From a virus (lineage: Duplodnaviria; Caudoviricetes), in IMG/VR virus record IMGVR_UViG_3300047408_000188, positions 1 to 52,066 of that record: DNA of 52,066 bases; one strand, written 5' to 3'. Shown piece by piece: positions 1 through 8,485 of this stretch. A program made the translations under genes and the position numbers. Numbering within the stretch: the first letter of the stretch is position 1; each line of letters begins with the position of its first letter. The notes under the pieces are model-generated. The model was not told where the DNA came from. It ran no database searches and was given only the letters and a program-made list of their open reading frames with translations.

Positions 1-127
1 AAGATCAGCGAGGAGAACGGCCGGACCAAGAGCTTCGACTTCCTCCAGTTGGCCGGTGTCCGTCGCGGGCTCACGGCCATCGGTCTCATGCCCATCCTCG
101 ACTCGGCCAGGCGCGGCGAGTCGGTCG
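1..127. repeat. Terminal direct repeat copy 1 (circularisation overlap)
   Basis: 1-127 is identical to 51940-52066. 127 nt is a common assembler k, and the reading frame continues across the join. Confidence 0.95.
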
Positions 128-705
128 GCAAGGCTGAGGATGCCTCTGTCATGGCCGTGGTGCGTGCTTTGACGCATCCGGCGCACGGACCCGGCGTGTC
201 GTTCCTTGAGACGGCTGCTACGGGAGAGAACTACTTCGGCAAGAAGATTGCCGCAACGGCCGGGGAGGGGGAGTCTCAAAGGCTGGAGAACGTCAAGGCC
301 GCGCTCAAGACGGCCAACCCGGCCATCTCAGCCTACCTCGGCGCTGATGCTCCAGACCGGGAAGTGCCAGCCAATGAGAAGTGGGCGAAGGCAGCCGGCG
401 GGTTCGGCTTCAAGTACAGCGGCCCCTCGAAGCCCCCGGAAGTCAACCGGCTCTACGAGGCCCTTCATGCCGTGGACGCTAAGTATCAAGAGGAGCGGAA
501 GGCCAAGGCCCGTGTCGGCGAGAAGCTCAAGGAGCCGTGGGAACTGCGAGCGCTGCATGATCGGGCCACTCGGATCGGCAAGTTGGAGCGGCGCTTCAAT
601 CACCCGGAGACGACGGCTTCGGAGCGGGACGAGATTCGTCAGCGTCAAGCGGAGTTGGCGCGGTCGTTCTTTGCGGCTCGTCGGGAAAGGGCGGCGGCAC
701 AATAG
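1..705 (+). CDS. C-terminal part of the ~1905-aa polyvalent/internal virion protein (continues from 46927)
   Basis: Frame 1 is open from base 1 (KISEENGRTKSFDFLQLAG...) and in register with 46927..52066 across the overlap. Confidence 0.9.
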   Translation, partial: KISEENGRTKSFDFLQLAGVRRGLTAIGLMPILDSARRGESVGKAEDASVMAVVRALTHPAHGPGVSFLETAATGENYFGKKIAATAGEGESQRLENVKAALKTANPAISAYLGADAPDREVPANEKWAKAAGGFGFKYSGPSKPPEVNRLYEALHAVDAKYQEERKAKARVGEKLKEPWELRALHDRATRIGKLERRFNHPETTASERDEIRQRQAELARSFFAARRERAAAQ

Positions 706-880
706 GCCCCCACCACCAGCGGCCCTCGAAGATGTTCAAGTCCACGACCTGGTCCATGTACAAGGCCAAGAGCTTGTCTGGCTGTCCATAGCGGAATGGG
801 GCTACGGGAATCGGCCAGAACTCCCCTTGGAGCCAGTACCAGCCACGTTCTTTCGGCAGTCCTTTCGTCCAGGTCGGCAT
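596..880 (-). CDS. Small Trp-rich phage protein (WTKxxPxxxGWYW...WxGPIxPP family)
   Basis: GAGGAG SD then ATG at 880. Paralogous to 891-1097 and 42088-42303. Confidence 0.7.
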   Translation of the reverse strand: MPTWTKGLPKERGWYWLQGEFWPIPVAPFRYGQPDKLLALYMDQVVDLNIFEGRWWWGPIVPPPFPDEPQRTTAPTPLDADESRPAPKPSSPGD

Positions 881-890
881 GACTTGCTCC

Positions 891-1097
891 TCACTGAGGC
901 GGCTCAATAGGTCCGCACCACTCGCCGCCCCGCATCCTCGGTGGGCAAACAAAATCACTCTTCGTTGAGAAGGACAGCAAGGCGCGGCCTTCTTCCGCCA
1001 GACGCAGAACGCCTGCTGGTCCGACATGACCATCTCGCCACCAGTAGTAGCCCGGCACGGTCGGCGGCTCCTTGGTCCACTTCAACGGCTCGCTCAT
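891..1097 (-). CDS. Small Trp-rich phage protein (WTKEPPTxPGYYW...WCGPIEPP)
   Basis: GGAGG SD; motif shared with two paralogues. Confidence 0.75.
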   Translation of the reverse strand: MSEPLKWTKEPPTVPGYYWWRDGHVGPAGVLRLAEEGRALLSFSTKSDFVCPPRMRGGEWCGPIEPPQ

Positions 1098-1126
1098 CGG
1101 TTCCCCTCCCAAGGTTCTTTCCTGAG

Positions 1127-1315
1127 TCACTGCCGCTCTTTCAGTTCTAACGCCCGGTGGCAGGCGTCGTCACATGCCTCGTCGCTCCACGGCATCTTGG
1201 CGAGCTTGTTCATGTCGTAGGGGCCGGCGTCCAAGAGGAACCGGACGATGGCGTTGGCCTTGAACCGTGGCGTCCCGTTGTCCAACTCGACCGGCTGCAT
1301 CGGATGTCGGCTCAC
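1127..1315 (-). CDS. Hypothetical phage protein (HPMQP...RFKANAIVRFLLD), possibly C-terminally truncated
   Basis: GTG start with GGAG SD; motif resembles a common small phage protein. Confidence 0.6.
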   Translation of the reverse strand: MSRHPMQPVELDNGTPRFKANAIVRFLLDAGPYDMNKLAKMPWSDEACDDACHRALELKERQ

Positions 1316-1344
1316 AGTGTTCTCCTTCCAAAGTGCATTGGAGT

Positions 1345-1599
1345 CTACGCCGGTCCACGCATCCACTGCATCGCCTTCACCCCGTTGGCGAACGTCCACT
1401 CGTAACTGTTCGAGTAGTAGTCAGAGCCGTCCAGGGCCATCTTGAGGCTCTTGTTGCCCTTGAGCGGCTTCGCCAGTCCGTGAACCGTGGTCAGATGCTC
1501 AACCATCGCGGCATTGCTGTCGAACTCCGGTTTAGCCTCGCACGTATTGCACTGCCAGGCGATTTGGTGTTCCAGCTTCTCTTTGGCTTTCTTGGTCAT
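1345..1599 (-). CDS. C2H2-like zinc-finger protein
   Basis: CNTC-x14-H-x4-H pattern; GAGGAG SD. Confidence 0.65.
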   Translation of the reverse strand: MTKKAKEKLEHQIAWQCNTCEAKPEFDSNAAMVEHLTTVHGLAKPLKGNKSLKMALDGSDYYSNSYEWTFANGVKAMQWMRGPA

Positions 1600-1619
1600 T
1601 GGAGTCTCCTCGGGCTGTC

Positions 1620-1853
1620 TCACGGGAGCCGTTCCAGATGCCGCATGGTCAATTCAAAGTCAATGGCCTGCCGAAGTCCATCCTCCAAGTAGGAGGCTCT
1701 GAGGACCCATCGAAGGTAGTCCTCGGGAATATCGGCGAAGCGCTTGCCCTTGTACTTTCCAAAGGGCATGGCAAGCGGAAACTTCTTCACCGCTGGCTTG
1801 CCCTTGTGCGAGTCAAGCCGTCGCTTCTCGCGCTGCCATTCATCTAGCGGCAT
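1620..1853 (-). CDS. DUF3820-like protein
   Basis: MPFGKYKGKRFADIPEDYLRW motif; GAGGAG SD before ATG 1853. Confidence 0.8.
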   Translation of the reverse strand: MPLDEWQREKRRLDSHKGKPAVKKFPLAMPFGKYKGKRFADIPEDYLRWVLRASYLEDGLRQAIDFELTMRHLERLP

Positions 1854-2092
1854 ACCTATCTCCTCGCTGGTTCGTTGTCCCGTTCCCGCTGCGCTCCACG
1901 GGCACTGCGCGCACCCCCTCTTACTCCCCCATGAAGCCATACCGGACAGGTTGACGGCCTCGGTTGTCTCGGCCGCCACATTCTTCTCACTATCGGCCGC
2001 TGGTCGAGCCGGCCTGTCCAGTCGTTGCCCGTTGTACGCCACGGGCCTCTTGCCTCGGCGGTGCCCAATCTGGGGCTATGTCACAGGAAGGC

Positions 2093-2120
2093 TTGAGTTT
2101 CGGCGAATTGCCGCTACAAT
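2093..2120 (+). promoter_or_regulatory. Sigma70-type promoter, antisense to the early operon
   Basis: TTGAGT-16 nt-TACAAT. Confidence 0.65.
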
Positions 2121-2125
2121 GTGTT

Positions 2126-2188
2126 TACCTCAGCCTTGCCTGTGGACCTTGAGCCGCGTGTTCCTCGCCGGATACACGCGGCTCTTTT
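2126..2188 (+). ncRNA. Putative ~60-nt antisense small RNA ending in an intrinsic terminator
   Basis: Lies between the promoter and the 11-bp stem GAGCCGCGTGT/ACACGCGGCTC followed by TTTT; no ORF. Confidence 0.5.
2151..2188 (+). terminator. Intrinsic terminator
   Basis: 11-bp perfect stem followed by a T-run. Confidence 0.7.
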
Positions 2189-2200
2189 CATTGCTCTGTT

Positions 2201-2392
2201 CTAACCCAGCCTCTTCCGCCTTACAAGCCTCCTTGCCGCTAAAAGCGTCTCATACTCCTCTTCCGCCGTCAGCTCCAGCCGGGCCGCTCGATCCGCGTCC
2301 GAGCGGCTCTTGGCCATTGCAATGACTTCTTCGGGCGTTCGCCAGCCGCCGCCAGGGGGCGGGATTCGTTGGTTCGGGTCGGGAAAGTACAT
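2201..2392 (-). CDS. Hypothetical protein
   Basis: ORF in operon orientation with an AAAGG SD. Confidence 0.55.
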   Translation of the reverse strand: MYFPDPNQRIPPPGGGWRTPEEVIAMAKSRSDADRAARLELTAEEEYETLLAARRLVRRKRLG

Positions 2393-2508
2393 CGGGTGAA
2401 CCTTTCCGGTTGAGGCTCGTCTATTCTGTAGGCCGTGCGTGCCCCACAGGAGCCGAGCTTACAAACTTGCCATGTTTCAAAAAGCTTCTCCGACTTGCAT
2501 GCCGGCCT

Positions 2509-2754
2509 TCACTTTTTCGACAGTCCTACCTCTCCGTGCCACGCCTCGGCCCGAATCCCTTCTTTCCCCTCACGGACGGGGCGTGGCCCGCATAAATCGC
2601 TCGACTCGTCATGGCCAAGCTCCCGGATGTGGATTCCCTTCGCGGCGTTGGGGAAGTGATGGGCTAAGACTTCTGCGGCCAGGCCAGCGCCGAGTTGTGT
2701 GCAGAAGTCGCATTGATGCTGCTGGCCGAGCTGAGTCCAGGTAAGGCGGTACAT
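2509..2754 (-). CDS. Hypothetical protein
   Basis: Starts 3 nt after the upstream stop; GGAG SD. Confidence 0.5.
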   Translation of the reverse strand: MYRLTWTQLGQQHQCDFCTQLGAGLAAEVLAHHFPNAAKGIHIRELGHDESSDLCGPRPVREGKEGIRAEAWHGEVGLSKK

Positions 2755-2757
2755 CGG

Positions 2758-3177
2758 TCACTCCTCCGCGTTCAAAGCCCGCTTGATGACGGCGAACGCC
2801 TCGCCGCTCTCGAACTGCTCCGGCGTGAACTCCAAGACGACGTAGCCCATAAGCTGCGCTTCGTTCCTGCGCTGCATGTCGTCAATCTGCGTCTGCCCAC
2901 GGCTGTGGTGTCCGTTGGTCCAGACGCCGCCGATCTGCTCGACGCCGACGTGTGCCTCGAATAAGTAGTCAAACCGCCACTTGCGGCCGATGTGCTCGGC
3001 GAACGGGTACTCGTAGACCGGCGGCGGCAGTCCGTGGGCCGCACAGAGAGCCTCGAAGGCGTCGTGCTTGGCATCTTTCTTGGCAGCCTGCCGTCGCTTG
3101 ATGGCCCTGATCGTCTTCCGTTCCTTGGGAATCTCGATGCCCCAGACGTCGAAGTCGCGTTTGGTGAATCGCATCAA
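2758..3177 (-). CDS. PD-(D/E)XK endonuclease (Vsr/DUF559-like; possible Holliday junction resolvase)
   Basis: EYPF...RKWRFDY...GVEQIGGVWTNGHHSRG...NEAQLMGYVVLEFT motif. Confidence 0.8.
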   Translation of the reverse strand: MMRFTKRDFDVWGIEIPKERKTIRAIKRRQAAKKDAKHDAFEALCAAHGLPPPVYEYPFAEHIGRKWRFDYLFEAHVGVEQIGGVWTNGHHSRGQTQIDDMQRRNEAQLMGYVVLEFTPEQFESGEAFAVIKRALNAEE

Positions 3178-3192
3178 TGCACTCCTTCACAA

Positions 3193-3408
3193 TTACCCGA
3201 CCGATTCCGCCTTCACATACGGACGCCGCTGCACTTCCCGCAGCGTCATGCCGTGGTGCGAGAGGGCTGACCGGAACCGCTCGAATTCCTCGTGCGTGAA
3301 GTCCATTTCCAGCCTCCGAATGGCTAGCCCGCGGAACAAGTCGAACATGGCTGGGGAGAAATCCCAGGTTTCGTCCGGCCACGGGACGAATGTGTAGGTG
3401 TACTTCAC
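3193..3408 (-). CDS. Hypothetical protein
   Basis: Tightly packed in the operon. Confidence 0.55.
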   Translation of the reverse strand: MKYTYTFVPWPDETWDFSPAMFDLFRGLAIRRLEMDFTHEEFERFRSALSHHGMTLREVQRRPYVKAESVG

Positions 3409-3411
3409 GGC

Positions 3412-3645
3412 TCAATGCACTCCTCGCATGGGCCTGCCGGCGGGCTTCTCCGGCGGGGGTTCCTCCTTGGGCAGCAGTTCGCGGCAGAGGGTGTTGATGA
3501 CATCGGTTACAGTGCGAATGCCAACGCCTCGCGCCCCAGTGGCAGTTCGCTCAGTAACGATAACGAGACCGACACCGGCCTCGCCGTTGTCGCCTGTGAA
3601 CAGGGCCATCGCCGCCCGCTCGATGTCTGCCTTGGTGAGTGTCAC
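3412..3645 (-). CDS. Hypothetical protein
   Basis: GTGA overlap with the upstream stop; AAGGAG SD. Confidence 0.6.
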   Translation of the reverse strand: MTLTKADIERAAMALFTGDNGEAGVGLVIVTERTATGARGVGIRTVTDVINTLCRELLPKEEPPPEKPAGRPMRGVH

Positions 3646-3782
3646 GGCTTCTCCTTTCCCGGCTTCCAGTCCTTCTTCTTCCCCAGGAGCGTGTCGTACA
3701 CCACCACGGCGACGATCAGGAAGGCTCCGAGGATGAATTCGGCGAAGAGGATCAGGGCGAGGCATTCCTTGGCGGCTTGCAT
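3642..3782 (-). CDS. 46-aa single-pass membrane protein (not in the ORF track)
   Basis: MQAAKECLALILFAEFILGAFLIVAVVVYDTLLGKKKDWKPGKEKP; GGAGG SD; stop overlaps the next start. Confidence 0.65.
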   Translation of the reverse strand: MQAAKECLALILFAEFILGAFLIVAVVVYDTLLGKKKDWKPGKEKP

Positions 3783-4291
3783 AGAACAGCCTCCTGTTCA
3801 CAGGCGATTGCCAGGGCCAGCGATAGCGGATAGGGCACCATAGCCCGATGCTGTTTCTGCCAGCCGCTCAGATGTTCTTTCCGCTTGGAAACCACAGCCT
3901 TGAACGCTGGGAACACGCCCCAGAGGTAGTAAGGGCCGAACCTCCTGGCAGGCTCTCCAAGCCATCGCGTGGCGCCGCGGACGTTCTCCAGTATCCACCA
4001 GCGAGGCTTGCACTCCTCAACGATTCGCAGGGCAGCAATCACCAGTGACAGATCGGGCCGCCTTGGCGTCCGCTTGCGAGTCCACGGCATTGACCACCTT
4101 GAGAACTCTTGGCAGGGCGGCGAGGCCCAGAGCAGATCAGGGCTTGGCCCGGCATACGACCACTGCCGCAGGTCGGCAACGTGAGTCGGGTTCATGGACC
4201 GGACGTTATCCACCGTCACGACCTCCCAGCCACGCTGGCTCATTGCAGCGGAGGCGCCCTTGTAGCCGCAGAAAAGATCAAGCATGAGCAA
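3752..4291 (-). CDS. Short DNA cytosine-C5 methyltransferase-like protein
   Basis: Motif I LDLFCG and motif IV ASPPCQEFS, then ILENV. Confidence 0.8.
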   Translation of the reverse strand: MLMLDLFCGYKGASAAMSQRGWEVVTVDNVRSMNPTHVADLRQWSYAGPSPDLLWASPPCQEFSRWSMPWTRKRTPRRPDLSLVIAALRIVEECKPRWWILENVRGATRWLGEPARRFGPYYLWGVFPAFKAVVSKRKEHLSGWQKQHRAMVPYPLSLALAIACEQEAVLCKPPRNASP

Positions 4292-4598
4292 CGGGCTCTC
4301 TCCTCAGCAGGCCCACAGCCCGCAGACTGGCGACGTGTTTACAGCCCTTCTCGTCGTGCCCGTCCCGCGCGTAGAGGAAGTCGGGGCACGAACACACGGG
4401 CCCATGCTCAGTGAGGGCCACGTCGTAGCTAGAATCGTCCGTCTTCGTTAGGCGCCAGGCGGGCGTGGCTTCCGGGTAGGGGTTGAGGTAGGTCAGCGCG
4501 TAGGCGTGGCTGGTCTCCTGCCCCTTGTCGTTGACGACGGTGATGGCGATCCAGAGCTTGGCCCGGCCCATAACTGGCGGTCTCGTTTTTGTCGGCAC
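4278..4598 (-). CDS. SWIM-type zinc-finger protein
   Basis: CSCPDF...GCKH; GGAGG SD before GTG 4598. Confidence 0.75.
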   Translation of the reverse strand: MPTKTRPPVMGRAKLWIAITVVNDKGQETSHAYALTYLNPYPEATPAWRLTKTDDSSYDVALTEHGPVCSCPDFLYARDGHDEKGCKHVASLRAVGLLRREPVAHA

Positions 4599-4881
4599 GT
4601 CGGAGCCTCCAGAGTTCGTTGAGGATGTCGCACTGCAAGAGTCCTTCCCTGGCGGCGACAATAGCCAGGCAGTCCTCACGGGTAGGCGGGTTGCCGTCGT
4701 GGTGCTTGGTATGGCACAGGCGGCACAGGGCGAGCAGGTTGATCCGCACGTCGAGCCGCCCGCCGCCGCCCATGTTTTTGTGCAGAATGTGGTGCGGGTC
4801 GCACTGGCGGAACCACTCGCACCACTCGCAACGCCGCAAGCCTCGGAAGTCGTTCAGGACCAGTTCGTCCTTGATCTGCAT
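4429..4881 (-). CDS. HNH-family nuclease
   Basis: CEWC...DPHHI...NLLALCRLCHTKHH. The C-terminal tail overlapping the SWIM gene is probably non-functional. Confidence 0.75.
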   Translation of the reverse strand: MQIKDELVLNDFRGLRRCEWCEWFRQCDPHHILHKNMGGGGRLDVRINLLALCRLCHTKHHDGNPPTREDCLAIVAAREGLLQCDILNELWRLRRADKNETASYGPGQALDRHHRRQRQGAGDQPRLRADLPQPLPGSHARLAPNEDGRF

Positions 4882-4890
4882 GGCGTCTCC

Positions 4891-5154
4891 TTAGTCGCGG
4901 GGGTCGATGGCGGAATGCGGCAGTTCCTTCACCGCTGAACCGCCGTACTTCTGGACGTACTTTGACAGGAACCACTGAATAACCAGTGCCTCAGTCTCGC
5001 CGTTGTCCAACTCGGCCATGATGCGGTCAATCTTGGCCATCGCCTGCAATTCCGGGTCCAGGCCCCGCGGCGTCTTGCGTGGCGCCGGTTCGGGCGGTTG
5101 GTTCCTGTCGTCGTTGTGAATCGCGTCTCGGTTAGCTTCTGCGTTCGCCTTCAC
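4891..5154 (-). CDS. Hypothetical protein
   Basis: AAGGAG SD; GTGA coupling. Confidence 0.6.
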   Translation of the reverse strand: MKANAEANRDAIHNDDRNQPPEPAPRKTPRGLDPELQAMAKIDRIMAELDNGETEALVIQWFLSKYVQKYGGSAVKELPHSAIDPRD

Positions 5155-5369
5155 TTTCTTGCTCCTTGGGATGGTTGTGCCGGCTTGCCATTGGCCGGCT
5201 GGGGTTGCGAGGCGTCGTACATAACGCCCAGCTTGGTTTCGATCTTCTGCCGCATCTGCCGGAGCCACACGGACAGCTCGGCCCCGTGCTTGCCACTCAT
5301 GGCGGCATCGAGGAGCCAGCCTTCGATCTCGTGCCGGAACTCCTGAATGAACTGCTCGCGGGTACGCAT
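5151..5369 (-). CDS. Hypothetical protein
   Basis: AAGGA SD; natural codon usage. Confidence 0.65.
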   Translation of the reverse strand: MRTREQFIQEFRHEIEGWLLDAAMSGKHGAELSVWLRQMRQKIETKLGVMYDASQPQPANGKPAQPSQGARK

Positions 5370-5399
5370 CGCGGCGTCCTTGCGGGCGAAGGACTCGGC

Positions 5400-5642
5400 T
5401 CACTTCTTCTTCCGGTGCTGTTCGACCGTTGGACAAGTTGCGTGATGATCGAGGTAACGCAGGAAGGATGACACTTCCTCGAACAAGTCATCCTTGCGGT
5501 GAACATGGGCCTTGCCGTCCACGATCGAGATATTGCCCTTCGGATCGGGCTGGGCGTTGAGGATCAGGTAGTTGCCCGTCGTGGCGCTCTGAACGAAGAT
5601 GACAGCGGCACCACAGGATTTGCAGTTGGTCGGTTCAGGCAT
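5400..5642 (-). CDS. Small zinc-binding phage protein
   Basis: CKSCGAAVIF...HHATCP. Confidence 0.7.
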   Translation of the reverse strand: MPEPTNCKSCGAAVIFVQSATTGNYLILNAQPDPKGNISIVDGKAHVHRKDDLFEEVSSFLRYLDHHATCPTVEQHRKKK

Positions 5643-7296
5643 TGGCGGGAACCTCCTTGGGTACGAGTCGATCCGCTGGTACGTCGCGGACCAGATTGAA
5701 CGTGTCAACGTCGGAGAGGGGCATCAGCGGCCAGTTCCGGTCGGGCCAGAACCCGCGGTTTTCCTGAGCGAACATGCCGAAGGCTTGGCGGAACGTGGCG
5801 CTCCACTTCTTGGACCTGGCCCGGTAGTACATCCGTTCCCAAACGGCCGGACTTGGCAGCACGATCTTTCCTGAACCGCCGCATTTCTCACAGGGAGCGT
5901 CTTTAACTTGCCCTGAACCCTTGCAGGGATAGCACGGAACCGGCAAAGACTTCGGTGCCGTGCGGCGAGGCTCGAACACGTCGCCGGTCATCTCGCGGAG
6001 GCTGCCGTCCGTGCTCACCACCGGCCGCGACCGCTTCTGGCCCGCTGGCAGTTCCCAGCCGCAGCCGCCGAACTTCTCCAGGCAGCGGGGCCCGAAAATC
6101 ACCGCTTTGCATCGCGGACACAGGCCGGGCTGCTTCGATGGGTCTTTGCGAAGGGCATCGGCCCGAAGGCCGTAGATCATGGTGTCGGTGGCGTCGAGTC
6201 GCCAGTGGCGGTCGGCGTTGAGGCTTCCGTGGCGCCACCAGTTGCCGCCGTGGTCTTGGACCGTAACGGATTGTAGACCAGGATAACTTCTGAGCAGTCG
6301 TCCGCCTGACTGTAGAAAAGTTCCGACGGAACCAAAGATTGTGGCAAAGATGCAATGAGCCAACCAAGGGCAATCAATGCCCTCTCGGAGCACGAATCTA
6401 TTCGTGAGAACGGGTATACTGCCATCTTTCGATCCCTCCAAAACGTCCTTCCGGGCTTCCCGGTCACTCTTGTAGAACTTACCGTCGATCCAGATGTCCT
6501 GCCCGTCAATGTGGGCCGAGCGAACGCCGCGCTTCGTGAACTGCTCCGCGAACCAGATGCTTTCCCCAACCCCCGGCGCGAACAGGATCGTCGGATTGTG
6601 CTCGGGGTTCAAGCGCTCGAACCACTCCCAGACGCGGCCCCAGATCGAGGGCGTCATGATCGCTTTGCGGGCTTGGTTCTCGCTCAGGTCTTTTCCTTCT
6701 TGGACTTTGAGGGCTCGAAGGGTGCGAACGGCCGGTTCATCAGGTCCAAAGTGTCTTGCAGCAACGAGAGCGCCGCAGTCTCGAAGACTTGTTGTTGTTC
6801 CCGCGACCACCAGTGCGGCATATAGACCCGCAAGACCAATAGGGGTTGCAGTGTAGCCAACGATCGCAGCCTCTCGGCTGTGATGGGCTTCGAGGATTGC
6901 GGCGGCTGTGTCTCCGATTTGGACATGAGCTTCATCCACCAAAACAAGGTCTGCGTTGTGTAGGTCCCACGTCTTCTTCTTCATCGACCGCGAGTGCTCG
7001 GTCTGGATCGAGCTGACCTGAAACGGATGGTCCCGCTCGTCCTCGTAGCCGGCCGCCCGAACGCCGTGGTACAGACCAGCGTCGAGAAAGACGTTGCTGG
7101 TCTGATCGAGGAGCATCCGGCGGTTGGTGTAGAGCACGACGCGCAACCGTCGGTCCAAGTAGTCCTTGGCCAGCATGGTCATCATTCGCGTCTTGCCGCC
7201 CCCGGTGGGCGAAGTGACACACAGACGGCGCTCGCCGCGGGCGATGGCGGCGAGCGTCTCGTTGTGTCCGCTCAGTTGGTGCGGCCAGGGGTCCAT
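5635..7296 (-). CDS. SF2 DEAH-box helicase with C-terminal Zn ribbons
   Basis: SPTGGGKT, DEAH, TATP, EGIDCP and QSGGRLLR motifs; CPRC and two CxxCxGxG repeats. Confidence 0.92.
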   Translation of the reverse strand: MDPWPHQLSGHNETLAAIARGERRLCVTSPTGGGKTRMMTMLAKDYLDRRLRVVLYTNRRMLLDQTSNVFLDAGLYHGVRAAGYEDERDHPFQVSSIQTEHSRSMKKKTWDLHNADLVLVDEAHVQIGDTAAAILEAHHSREAAIVGYTATPIGLAGLYAALVVAGTTTSLRDCGALVAARHFGPDEPAVRTLRALKVQEGKDLSENQARKAIMTPSIWGRVWEWFERLNPEHNPTILFAPGVGESIWFAEQFTKRGVRSAHIDGQDIWIDGKFYKSDREARKDVLEGSKDGSIPVLTNRFVLREGIDCPWLAHCIFATIFGSVGTFLQSGGRLLRSYPGLQSVTVQDHGGNWWRHGSLNADRHWRLDATDTMIYGLRADALRKDPSKQPGLCPRCKAVIFGPRCLEKFGGCGWELPAGQKRSRPVVSTDGSLREMTGDVFEPRRTAPKSLPVPCYPCKGSGQVKDAPCEKCGGSGKIVLPSPAVWERMYYRARSKKWSATFRQAFGMFAQENRGFWPDRNWPLMPLSDVDTFNLVRDVPADRLVPKEVPANA

Positions 7297-7298
7297 CC

Positions 7299-7610
7299 CT
7301 ACTCCTCGGATTCGCCGTTCGTCTCGGGTTCGGGCTTCTTCTTGCACTTCACATTCGACTTCGAGAGCACAACGACGATCAGCCCGTCCGGCGTCTCGTA
7401 GCGGTCAAGTCCTTGCTCCTTCATCTTCTCCAGCAGGTTGATCTTCGCGTCGTCCTCTTCCTTGGTGAGCCGCTGGCGCTCCAGCATGGCCGAGTAATAG
7501 GTGTCGGCGGCGTCATCAATGGCTTTGATGCGCGGCGGCTCCATACCGTCAAGGAACTGCTGCTTGGGGCGCTTCTCGCGAGTCTTCCGGGCTTTCTTGG
7601 TCGCGGTCAT
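7299..7610 (-). CDS. Hypothetical protein (short coiled coil)
   Basis: Coupled ORF; AGGAG SD. Confidence 0.65.
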   Translation of the reverse strand: MTATKKARKTREKRPKQQFLDGMEPPRIKAIDDAADTYYSAMLERQRLTKEEDDAKINLLEKMKEQGLDRYETPDGLIVVVLSKSNVKCKKKPEPETNGESEE

Positions 7611-8473
7611 ACGGTCTCCTTGTTACGGGCGTTTTTGGAAAGTTCCTTTTGCCACTGCTCTGCTTCCTTTTCGCACTCCTTGATCTTTCGAGTGATTCCC
7701 AGGTATTGGGGGCTCGGGATGATGATGTCGCCCTCCGAGGATCGGTGGGAGTCTCGCGTCATGCCGTACTGACGCGCCAAGTTGCCCAGTTCGTGTTCCG
7801 CCCTTCCAAGATGCTCGTTGAAGGCGCTGCGGTTGAAGACGGGGATAGGCGAGCCGTTCTTCGGGCCTGTCTGTCTTGGCCGGACGTTTCCCGTGTCGTC
7901 GCCTGCCTCACGGCTCGGTATGCCAGCAAAGTCTTCCTCGGTTCTGGTGATGGCGGCTAAGACGTGCATTCCTTCGATCAGTTTGGCGTTGAGGGCATGT
8001 TGCATGGCTTCATCCATCGCCTCAATGCGCGGGATTAGTCGCGGCGTGAAGTCCTGCACTCGGCAGCGAAGCTCGGGGATGAGCTTGTCGTGATAGCCGT
8101 TCTGGACTGGCACCGGAGCGGGCGTTTCGGTCGGCTCCCAGCGTGTTTCTTCCTCTTCCGGATCGTTGTCGCGGTTGCCGTTGATGACTTGCCACTGTTG
8201 TTCCAAATCGGTCGTAACGACCGTTTTGGCTAGTCGCATGTAACGGCGAGCCTGCTCGGCACTGAATTTGATGTTGTCCTTCATCCAAGCGGTCCAGTTT
8301 CCGTGGCCGACTTCCGCCTTGGCCAAGAGCAGCTGCTTGCCAGAGTGGCGGTAGTGCTCGGCCCCCTTTCTCTTGCAATCATCGCCGGCTTTGGTGGCCG
8401 CGTTGATTTCGGCCGCGAGGGCTTTCAGATCGACGGCTGAGCGGACAATGGCGGGCGGATTGGCTGGCTTCAT
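7607..8473 (-). CDS. DUF3102-domain protein
   Basis: GKQLLLAKAEVGHGNWTAWM...QARRYMRLA; GGAGG SD. Confidence 0.75.
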   Translation of the reverse strand: MKPANPPAIVRSAVDLKALAAEINAATKAGDDCKRKGAEHYRHSGKQLLLAKAEVGHGNWTAWMKDNIKFSAEQARRYMRLAKTVVTTDLEQQWQVINGNRDNDPEEEETRWEPTETPAPVPVQNGYHDKLIPELRCRVQDFTPRLIPRIEAMDEAMQHALNAKLIEGMHVLAAITRTEEDFAGIPSREAGDDTGNVRPRQTGPKNGSPIPVFNRSAFNEHLGRAEHELGNLARQYGMTRDSHRSSEGDIIIPSPQYLGITRKIKECEKEAEQWQKELSKNARNKETV

Positions 8474-8485
8474 GGTCCCTCCATG

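Noticed and set aside
1-127. Terminal repeat as a biological DTR
   Set aside because: It is 127 nt (a typical assembler k) and falls mid-gene with the frame preserved, so it indicates circular assembly only.
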